Assembly: GCA_964035545.1 (NCBI GenBank)
Contig: OZ037767.1
Coordinates: 16,424,581 to 16,488,580 of the forward strand
Reading direction: 5' to 3'
Origin: Bugula neritina
Lineage: Eukaryota > Animalia > Bryozoa
DNA: 64,000 bases
The notes beneath the pieces are model-generated. The model made no database searches. It was not told where the DNA came from and saw nothing but the letters and a program-made list of their open reading frames with translations. Numbering within the stretch: position 1 is the first letter of the stretch; each line of letters begins with the position of its first letter. This document shows, in pieces, positions 38,668 through 49,400 of this stretch. The position numbers were made by a program, and so were the translations under genes.

Positions 38668-41599
38668 ATGAATAGATACATTGCCTTAGTCGCTGTTCTA
38701 GCAGTAGTGAGTAGAGTACTGGGGGACGGCCCTTCATATCCCGTACAAGGTTATTCAGGTACATAACTAAACTGCTATAGTGTTATTTCAAGTAGTTAAT
38801 ATAATGTAATAATTGTTTGGTTCTTTTTTGTATCTGAGATATATTTGTGATATTGTAGCAAGCATTGCTGGTATCATGTTGCTTATATACACTGATATAA
38901 CTACTTATTCATTGGACAGTTTAACTGTGATATATCATATCATAATATTATATCATATATAGTATCATATCACATTGTATCATATCACATTGTATCATAT
39001 CATATTGTATCATATCATATGGTGTATAGTCTCTGCTTGTACAGATAGCTTTAATGCCAACAGTAATATATCGGTTATACTTGTCACTATATACTATCAC
39101 TACATGCTGTCGCTATATACTGTATACTAAACACTGTATACTATATACTGTATACTATACACTGTATACTATATACTGTATACTATATACTGTATACTAT
39201 ATACTGTATACTATATACTGTATACTATATGCTGTATACTATACACTGTATACTATATACTGTATACTATACACTGTATACTATATGCTGTATACTATAC
39301 GCTGTATACTATATACTGTATACTATACGCTGTATACTATATACTGTATACTATATACTGTATACTATATGCTGTATACTATATACTGTATACTATATAC
39401 TGTATACTATATACTGTATACTATATACTGTATACTATATACTGTATACTATATGCTGTATACTATATACTGTATACTATATACTGTATACTATATGCTG
39501 TATACTATATACTGTATACTATATGCTGTATACTATATACTGTATACTATATACTGTATACTATATGCTGTATACTATATACTGTATACTATATACTGTA
39601 TACTATACACTGTATACTATATGCTGTATACTATACGCTGTATACTATATACTGTATACTATACGCTGTATACTATATACTGTATACTATATACTGTATA
39701 CTATATGCTGTATACTATATACTGTATACTATATACTGTATACTATATACTGTATACTATATACTGTATACTATATACTGTATACTATATGCTGTATACT
39801 ATATACTGTATACTATATACTGTATACTATATGCTGTATACTATATACTGTATACTATATGCTGTATACTATATACTGTATACTATATACTGTATACTAT
39901 ATGCTGTATACTATATACTGTATACTATATACTGTATACTATATACTGTATACTATATGCTGTATACTATATACTGTATACTATATACTGTATACTATAT
40001 ACTGTATACTATATACTGTATACTATATACTGTATACTATATACTGTATACTATATGCTGTATACTATATACTGTATACTATATGCTGTATACTATATAC
40101 TGTATACTATATGCTGTATACTATATACTGTATACTATATACTGTCACTATATTATACAGTAACTGTATACTGTCTCTGTTTGCTGCCGCTGCTTGCTGC
40201 CGCTGTTTGCCGCTCACTCTCATTCATCTGTTTAGCGAAGAGCTGTTCAGAAGAAGGTGAGTTCTTTGCTGACAAAGAAAACGTGTGTTGGTACCACAGA
40301 TGTGTGAGAGATGAGTCTGAGGGGCTGAAGCTGATGCCCCTAATGTGTGCTCTGGGAACCAAGCTAGATAGCTCCTTTGTGTTTGGCATGTATAACCCCT
40401 GCACAGAGCACATGGAGAACAGCTTTATTGGTGAGTCAGATGTAGTGTTTAGCATATCTAAGTAGTTCATGTGGTGTAATGGTTGGCCTGCCAGCTTGAA
40501 AGCTGGAGGTCCTGGGTTCGAATCCCAGTGGTGGCAAAGTTTTTTTTATATTAGAAACTTAGCAGGAAAGTTCTTGTTGCTGAGATTATTGTAAGCTTTA
40601 ACAAATTAGTACTTTTTCATTATTCCTGATCAAATTTAAAGCAAGTGTTTTGTTTTTCATTCTTGACCTTCAACCACTGTGAACAATGTATCCTGTAGGC
40701 TATATGACCTTGAAATCATAACGATGTATCTTGTAGGCTATGAATGTGAGAGACAAGAACCTGCTGCAGACGTACCTCCACCATGTGCCTCAGATGGGTC
40801 ATACGTCTGCTACAACGACGGCATCCTGACGTACGAGGCCAGCAAGTGCTGGTGTCTCTGTCACCCGGACTGGCAGGGAAATCACGACTGCTCCAAGCCA
40901 ACAGAATATGACCGGGTTATTGTTATCGACAGTGACGCCATCTGTAAGTAGCAAACTCACTTCCTGTCATGACTATCGTGTCAGCGAGCATGTCAACCTA
41001 AGTTATAGATGACTTTATAGCTGACCTAAGCTGTATATTATAATATAATCATAATATACATAATATAGATTTTTATTTCATGTAGTGTTAAATATTATAT
41101 AACATATAGATTAATATAATTATATAAGTTCTCTGAACAAGCTAAACATATATGAAACTTTTTCATTAATTTCTATCTGACATCATTTTCGTAACCAAAT
41201 AGTTGCAGAACATGAATTAATTTTGAATTTATACTACAAGTTGAATCTGCGTAAATATATATAGCTTTTAATAATGAAAGTAGAAATTTTACAGCATTAT
41301 AAATTTGGATCTTTCTTTCTATTCTCTCAACCCAGTCACCTTTTTCAAACTAGTAAAATAATTAAGTCACATACTTTTTTATTAGTCTAAATCCTGATTT
41401 GACTTTTCCTATTGGCCAATTCATTGCAGGTGTGGATGGTAAGCCAGATGATGACCACTGCTCCAAAGCTGGCGGCTGTTTGCACGGCGGAAAGTGTCAC
41501 AATCAATGTCAAGGTTACTGGTGTGAGTGTCCAGACAGAGATCTCTTCGACTACATTGGTCCTCGCTGTGAGAAGGATGATGACGACTACAAAAAGTAG
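38668..41599 (+). CDS. Secreted cysteine-rich protein (~220 aa): signal peptide, chitin-binding type 2-like module, two EGF-like domains
   Basis: Exons 38668-38758, 40236-40430, 40737-40943 and 41430-41599, all phase-1 junctions, 663 nt in total. Signal peptide MNRYIALVAVLAVVSRVLG; EGF patterns CYNDG..CWCLCHPDWQGNHDC and CLHGGKC..YWCECP..YIGPRCE. Confidence 0.85.
39110..40145. repeat. 14-bp tandem repeat, about 1 kb, in intron 1 of the EGF gene
   Basis: Repeated ctgtatactatata. It explains the YTIYCIL pseudo-ORFs. Confidence 0.97.
40464..40545 (+). mobile_element. tRNA-derived SINE head (family A)
   Basis: Shares gtggtgtaatggtt..ggttcgaatcccagtggtggcaaagtttt with 3467-3550. The cloverleaf is imperfect. 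Confidence 0.65.
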
Positions 41600-42601
41600 T
41601 TACATAGCAACCCAACTAGTTGCATAGTAACCAAAATAGTTGCATAGCAACCGAAATAGTTGCATAGCAACCAAACTAGTTGCATGGTGACATCATAACA
41701 TATCATATTTAGTCAGGTTCTTCAACTTTCTTGACTGTTGGGGGGGGGTATGGTATGCGGCATGCATTACATTGTCATCTATTTTATAGCCAATCTTTTT
41801 CAGCTCAACTTCCTGTAATTACTAGCCAAATAATTTCATAGTTGGAGTCTGATTTATACATGTTTATATTATATAGCCAAAGTATTCAGTATTGTAATGT
41901 TTGTAAATAGTTGGCTAATTTCAAGTTTTTATAATTGATTTTATTTATTAAATTCACCAACAGAATTTGTGTAACATACTCTTTTGCATCAAATATTTGG
42001 TGCCACAATAATAAACTATATGATACATCATATGACTTTCCATCTCTCTGAGCCACAACTCATTCATATCATGAGCACACTTGGTATTCCTCCTGCAGTT
42101 CTGTGGAGTTGCCCCATCACTAGTACCTTTTCTTGATGTAATATTCCAGAAAATTTACCTAATGTAATTTCTGTCTACTTCTTACATAATACTATATTAA
42201 AATACTTTAGTGTAACATTATAAGAAATAATGCAAATTTCATCAAGTAAATGATCCATGCTTCATTAATTCAAGTTGAAATAATGGCGTATATTAATATT
42301 TAAACTATAATTTAGAAATAGGATACACTTAGTGACACGACGTACAAGCCCCTCATACTATATATAAGAAACTCCGCAGACTCATTAACAAGCTTGTCTA
42401 GAACTACACTAAGTAGTATTTTCAGTATATTCTGTATTCTAAAGCAATTTATAGTAGGAATACAAAACCATAACTATAACTCTCTAAAACAGCTACTGAT
42501 GTCACAGCTCTGCATGTGATAAACTTCATGTTTTTCTCAACTAAGCTAAAACGAAACATACGTGACTACCCCAGAATGGAGTTATACACTTAGTGATAGT
42601 A

Positions 42602-42674
<73 letters not shown>

Positions 42675-42680
<6 letters not shown>

Positions 42681-42869
42681 GAAATAAAATGAGATTTGAT
42701 TAATATAATGGCATTTATTACTAGTAGTTTCGTACACAAGAACGATGTGCACTCGTCAGATAAATTAGCCATTATATTAATCAAATCTCATTTTATTTCT
42801 TCTAATGTTTACGCTCTAGATTTATTTCTATAGAGCACTCTAGTAACGTTTTATAAACACTCATTTTAC
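42675..42869. mobile_element. Non-autonomous fold-back mini-derivative of the adjacent Penelope-like element, in (TA)n
   Basis: It has the same left end (ttagaagaaat..) and right end (..cattttac) as the 42960-45129 element, with everything between the two stem-I arms missing. Confidence 0.88.
42705..42775 (-). ncRNA. Type I hammerhead ribozyme (copy 1)
   Basis: Minus strand reads CUGACGA-gugcaca/uguguac (stem II)-GAAAC-uacua-GUA, closed by stem I. Confidence 0.85.
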
Positions 42870-42879
42870 TATATATATA

Positions 42880-42965
<86 letters not shown>

Positions 42966-42989
42966 GAAATAAAATGAGATTTGATTAAT

Positions 42990-43060
42990 ATAATGGCATT
43001 TATTACTAGTAGTTTCGTACACAAAAACGATGTGCACTCGTCAGATAAATTTGCCACTAT
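42990..43060 (-). ncRNA. Type I hammerhead ribozyme (copy 2, 3' pLTR)
   Basis: Same core as copy 1. Stem I arms are auaguggcaaauuuau / auaaaugccauuau. Confidence 0.88.
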
Positions 43061-43158
43061 GATTGCTTACAACTATAAAATATTGTAATATGTAAATATA
43101 CGCGGAATAAAGCTAGAAGATCAAAATATAACAAAGAGGTAGCATTGGAAGTAATTGG

Positions 43159-44809
43159 CTATGTCACAGCATTCTTGAGTAGAAATTTACTACTATGTCT
43201 GCATATAGATAAAAAGTCATTGCGCTTATTGAGAGAAGACAACTGTGGCTTATAAAGAATGAAATATTTTTCCCATAAGCACAGCTGACAGTTTTTAGTG
43301 ATGTTATTGTATGGTTGAGCTTTTCTGAGGATTTTCCAGGATATGGTAAAATCTAGACCTTTGTCTTTTAAGGACCAGATGTGTTTGCTTAACTCAGTTT
43401 GCAAGCGCTTGGTTGGGTGCCTGAAGGAAGCAAGGTGGTTGTAGTATCTTGCCTTGAATGCAGTGGAGGAAATTCCTACATATGTTTCGACAGTATCGTT
43501 TGATGGGACGGATACTTTGGCCTGGTACACAATGTTTGGGATGGTGCATTCTTCTGGAAGAGGGCATGTCTCTACATTTCTACAGTTACAGCTTGCCTGT
43601 GATATAGGGGCAGTGTTGCATTTAGTGACACTTTTGTTGTGGGCAGTGATAGTCTGCTCTAAATTCGGGCAGCAACTGTAGCTGAGTTTGAGTGTGTTTT
43701 TATTAAATATTTTGTGCAGTGGGTGTAATTTGGTGTGGAATATATCTTTTATCAGCTTGAGGAATATGGAGCCGATTTTCGTCTTTACATTACGGCTATA
43801 AGGTGGGTTGTAGCAGATGACTCGTCTTTGTCGTATGGGTTTGATGCTTGTGTTGGTGTTGTTGGTGTAGTCTTTGTATTTGAGTTGGTAATTATATCCA
43901 CTTTTAGCCAATGCATCTTGATATTGTGGAATGGCATTGTTGAAAATAGTTTCATTAGTAGATATATCACAAAGTCTGCGGTTTATGGATTCTGGTATGT
44001 TTTCCAGTATGCTAGGGGGATGGTTAGACTCTTTGTGTACATACAGAGGAATGTTGTTAGGCTTAGAGTATGGTGTATGATGTTTCTTGACCAGATCTAG
44101 GGTGACATCTAAATAGTCAGTTGTCTTAATGTTAACATCTATGGTGTTCTTTAGACCGTGTGACTGGAATAATATGCAGAGATCTTTTTTCAGTCTTTCA
44201 GCTAGTTGTGGTTTAAGATCTGTTACTCCTAACCCATCATCTCGATATAGTCCAATATTAGCTTTAAACTTTTTTGAGATTGTACTTAATAAAAATAATC
44301 CTACTAATTCACATGTTTCAGCACCATCGTGTGAGCCCATAGTGACGTCAAACAAATTATCTGATTGTCTTTTACCCCAAAATGAGTTGTCATGCACCAA
44401 TATAGATTTTTTTGTGTGCAATATGATATTCCGTTCGTGGTTGCTGACTGTAGTATGCAAGTTGGCAAAGTCGAGAGCATCTGATAGTAGCTTTGGCGAT
44501 ATAGATGGATAAAATTCCACGATATCAAACACGATAAAAGAGTGCCTGTTTGTGGTGGTTAAATTGTTAAACCAATGTAAAACTGCAGATGTGCTTTTCC
44601 ACTGATTTAGGCCAAGTTTGCTGTTTATCGTTGAATTAATTCTGTCAAGTAGTTGTTTACTCACCCTACCTATCTCTGGTTTGGTGGGGTTAATAAGGCG
44701 ACAGGTGGGGTTAGTTATGTAGTTAGCCTTATGGTCCTTGATAGTAATGAAGGCGGGTTTCTTAGCTGTTATAGTAATTCTGTCTTCAAGTTCCAATTGT
44801 TCAGCCATG
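43159..44809 (-). CDS. PLE reverse transcriptase + GIY-YIG endonuclease (N-terminally truncated, otherwise open)
   Basis: CRLINPTK, FDIVEFYPSI, FDVTMGSHDGAETCELVG, LYRDDGL, DYLDVTLDL, YVHKESNHPP, linker CNCx5CPLx3C, IVYQA..YVG..FKARYYNH, CQLCLWEK..LNKR..CRH. The first ~24 aa of the ORF-track protein come from the inverted pLTR. Confidence 0.92.
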
Positions 44810-44964
44810 ACTTTTTCTATATGCAGACATAGTAGTAAATTTCTACTCAAAAATGCTGTGACATAGCCAATTGCTTCCAATGCTACCTCTTTGTTATATT
44901 TTAATCTTCTAGCTTTATTCCGTGTATATTTACATATTACAATATTTTATAGTTGTAAGCAATC

Positions 44965-45035
44965 ATAGTGGCAAATTTATCTGACGAGTGCACATCGTTT
45001 TTGTGTACGAAACTACTAGTAATAAATGCCATTAT
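44965..45035 (+). ncRNA. Type I hammerhead ribozyme (copy 3, inverted pLTR)
   Basis: CTGACGA 44981-87, stem II 44988-94/45002-08, GAAA 45009-12, minimal stem III, and a GTA triplet with predicted cleavage after 45021. Confidence 0.88.
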
Positions 45036-45126
45036 ATTATTCAAATCTCATTTTATTTATTCTAATGTTTATGCTCTAGATTTATTTCTATAGAGCACTC
45101 TAGTAACGTTTTATAAACACTCATTT

Positions 45127-45216
<90 letters not shown>

Positions 45217-46412
45217 CCCCTCCTATTTCTTAAAGGCTTGTAATACTTTTGTGGTGATAATCTTTTATTAAATTTTCATTATGTATTATAACAAAACCTA
45301 ATCACAATATCATTAGAGTTACAGATTAAACTTGCATAAATAGTAAAGCTTTCTTTTACTTCATGTGCTGCAACTAGCCAATTCACATTTCTCATAAAGG
45401 TTGAATTTATTAAACATTAAATCTACAATCAAAATAATACAAAATTTTAGCACCATATTGATTTACCTTGACTGACAAAAAACGTATTGCATTTCATGTA
45501 ATCTTGTAATAAATTATAAGGCAATTGTGTCATATCATCAATAAAATTGTGTTTGTGCGTGGGTGTGTGTGTGTGTGTGTGTGTGACTATTTTATATTCA
45601 TGATCTTGCACAATTGCTTTATAATTTTTTTACAAGATTACATGATTTGTAATTATAATACAAATCAATTAACTGTGATATGTATATATGAAAAACATGC
45701 ACAGTAATTATAATAAATTAATAAAGACAATAAATAATGCATTATGCAAGTATTAAAATAAGAAATTGCTTCAAGCAGTAAAGTGGTATACACAAAATAT
45801 GACCAGTGAATAATTAATTGTATATGAATCAAGCTTTGCATGTTGTCTGTAAGTAATGACAATGTAACACATAATAGCATATTATGTCTGAACTTGCGAT
45901 TATCTCTAAAATACATATTTGCATGTCTACAAAACAAAACATTTTGAAAACATGTATAAAAGAAATAATTAAATAAGAATGAAGAACAGATTCAAAATAT
46001 AAGCACTGCATGATACTGTATACATTTGACACACCGTAACAACCTCCATCACAGCTGCAGCTGTTACGAAGGCACACAACAACATATCACAAAGAAGAAT
46101 ATGTAAGCTTTTTGCTTTTAGCATAAAATTATACCAAAACTACTATTTCAATTGATGTCACATGGTGATTGGATTGTTATGAGTAATACTACTATGTTAT
46201 GGAATGGTAGCGGAGGGACTTTGCTGGAAGTTTTGTAGTCAGTAGTGAGTAGTCAGTAACTAGTGAACATTAGTCACTGGCTAATAGTTAGTAGTTAGTG
46301 AACAATAGTTGCTGACTAGTGCTTAGTAACTAGGGGGCAGTATAGTCACTGGTTAGTACTTAGTAACTAATGGACAGTATAGTCACTGGTTAGTGATCAC
46401 CGGGTGCTATAA

Positions 46413-49400
46413 TCACAATTCCGAGAGTTTATCACTAGAAGACTGGGCATGGAGAGAGTCAAAGACCGGATTGGTTGTCCCATTATTGTTATTTTCTAAC
46501 TGTTTTAAACCGACTGCTTTAACATCTCCACTACTCTCTTCTTCAAGTACCTGTAACAGATTTCTTGAGAGTTTAAAATCTACAATTTTTTTTCAGCACT
46601 TTGATATTAAGTATCAAAAACTCTAGAGTTTAAAGGCTGAGTTTGAATCTTGGTGACAGTATTTGTTATATCAGGCGAGTCAGCCAAAGTTGCTCACCTA
46701 ATTACATAAAACTTGCATTGCAAAGCTTCACTCAACTTTCAAGCAGTTTTCACCAAGTGTGTTGCAACATTAAATTGAGCTGAGAGTTGCTTCTCCCTGT
46801 TACTTTTTAAACCAGAGAAGGCAACTTCAATTGTGTTATAACAGTTTCCACAACTATAAGATACTATACTACTAAATTCTAAACAGGAGTTTGGAGTTGC
46901 ATTACTCTAATACTGTTTCGATGAAAACATAACATTTATAGTTACATTAAGAGCTTTGTAGTTGAAAAGTTTAATTTGAAAAAATGTTCAATTTTTTTAC
47001 TGTATAAAACAAATAATATGATTAAAATGATCAAGACAGGGTTTATTAATTCTCATAACTTTTTCTCCTAGTTTTAAACTTTATTAATTTACGTATTCAA
47101 AATAATAATTTTGGCAATATAAGATATATTTAGTCAACTGTTAAATAATATATTCCGCTATTTAGTAAACAGTATATCATATTGAAATGATTCTAGTTCT
47201 CTTACTAGAACCAACCTTCTCTGAGAGAGATTGTAGATCTATTCAAATGAGACAGGCATTGTTTCACAATATAAGTAAGCTACATTTCCAGTTATCTTAT
47301 GCCGCATATAATCTTACCTCTTTATCCGAAGAGTCGCCACTCTTTTTCCTTCTCATATAAATACACCTACCAATGAGGATGATGTAGAAAGGCCATGGAG
47401 TAAAGAGATTTAAGATGATAGGCACAGCCGTGCTGCAACATTACTGTAGCAGGTAGAATATGCACATCTCATTTTATATAATTCAACAAATAGTTTCATT
47501 TTCTCAGACTACTGACCTAATATCTGCCCACGGCTGCGCTAGCGTAGTTCTTAGCAATATGGTGGCCACCGAAGTGTTTTGTACTGCAGTCTCTATAGCA
47601 ATTGTCAGGGCCACAGGCTTCTCTCTCCTAAATGCTAGTGCTATTAGAAAGGCGATAAGACCTCCTAAAACAAGCACAGGGTGTATAATATACTCAATTC
47701 TTAATATGTAGGGGTTGTCTTCTCCTTCATGGGTATAAATTTGACTGAAAGTATTCAATATTAAATATTAAATAATATTAAAGTAAAACAAATTTAATTA
47801 AAATTAAACTTTAAAAAATAAATTTAAATGAATTAAAACAATATTAAATAATTAAATATTGGCTTGGGTGGTCTGCAAGATTAGCCATATGTGGTTTACC
47901 TTATAGTTGTAAGAACCAAGTCTATAGATATGGCTCTAAATCTATATGAATAGATGCCTAGCATTTATATTCAAGAAATATTCTGCATTTCAGTATGTAT
48001 AAGCATTACTAGTTAAGATGAAAGTAGTGTTGAAAGGTGCTTACCAACCCAAGGAAGGCTTAAGCCACACAAGGCGAGTTGGTAGTCATTAAATATCACC
48101 TGATATACGTACAAGTTAGCATATGTACCTAAAATATATCAAACATTGCTTGGTTATAAATTAACATTAAGTTACATTTCAGACAACACTTGCGCTTACA
48201 ATGTGAGAAAATATATAAGCAAATAGCTGGGAGTCCAGCTTGTACTTACTAGTTATTTGTATTAATCAAGTTATGTACACTCTAAAATTTTAGACAGTTT
48301 TATTGATCCTTACACACTGCAAGTTCATACAAAGAGCAAGTTACATGTACGCCCAAAGAATAAGTTACACATACACATTGCAAGTTATTTACGCAGAGAG
48401 TAAGTCACACATACACACAAAAAGTAAGTTACACATACACACAAAGAGTAAGTTAAACATATGCATAAAGAGTAAGTTATACACGTACACAAAGAGTAAG
48501 TTAAACACGCACACACTGTAAGTTATTCACACTGCAAGAAACCTACCAAATCCTATAGCAAACAATATTGTGACAGCAACTCCCGGTTTCTGCAGCTTGA
48601 GAAGGAATTTAGCGAGTTTCGGGATAAAGCGATTAATAAGAAGACCAACCACGAGAGGGGCAACTACGCTGGCTAGAGATGTGAACATATTCTCTATTGG
48701 TAGCTCAATCTTCTCATCACCGATCACGTATTGACCAACAGTGTACATCCACAAGGGCACAAACCCTACAATGACCAAAGTATCTTTAGCGTAAGTGTCG
48801 CAGTATAAGAATCACAATGTAGTATGTAGGTACATGTATTTTAAAAGACAGGTTTGAAATTTACTAGTGTTGATTGTGATTGATGTCATTTTGCCAATTC
48901 CATGCTCTGTAATTTTGAGATAGCAAATATTATGAGTAAATATATTCCTAAGGGTTGGTAACTTCATTAAAAATAAATAAAGGAGAAACAGTTTAATTGG
49001 CTACTTTTTTATCTATAAATAAACAAAGTAAATTGTAATTTTGGATACCACTGTATCTATATTCAGAGTTATTCACACATTGCTTGATCCTAACGTACTG
49101 TAGCACCGTACAGGAAGCTCAGACATTTGTAAAAATGGCTGCTATTTTACGTTACGGCGTACGATATGGTAATGTGTGAATAGGGGGTTAATTGATTAAA
49201 ATTTAAAAGTTAAGACGTTCTAAATTATAAATTCCATTCAATTAACTCTGAAGATAGATACAGTCATACAGAGGTATTCGAAATATAAGTTTACTTTGTT
49301 TATTTAGGACAAAGGAAATAGTAGAAAAATTTTTTTTCTTGTTTACAATTATTTAGCTTATAGTATGTCTTTGTTATGCCCTATGGGGTGGAGGAGTATA

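Larger units (their letters stand above)
42960..45129 (-). mobile_element. Penelope-like retroelement (Naiad-like), 5'-truncated with an inverted pseudo-LTR, flanked by (TA)n
   Basis: 44806-45065 is the reverse complement of 42960-43222. Each arm carries a hammerhead, and TA tracts flank both sides. Confidence 0.93.

Noticed and set aside
39054-40260. 369-aa and 343-aa Y/I/C-rich ORFs, and similar ORFs at 18043-18485, 32040-32684, 36172-36738 and 51645-52173
   Set aside because: These are microsatellite or minisatellite translations.
41570-41599. FLAG-tag-like KDDDDYKK suggesting vector contamination
   Set aside because: It is not DYKDDDDK, and it lies in a native spliced exon.
19335-45129. 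Functional link between eEFSec and the Naiad-like element
   Set aside because: They are about 18 kb apart with unrelated genes between them, and this PLE ORF has no in-frame TGA. The proximity is probably chance.
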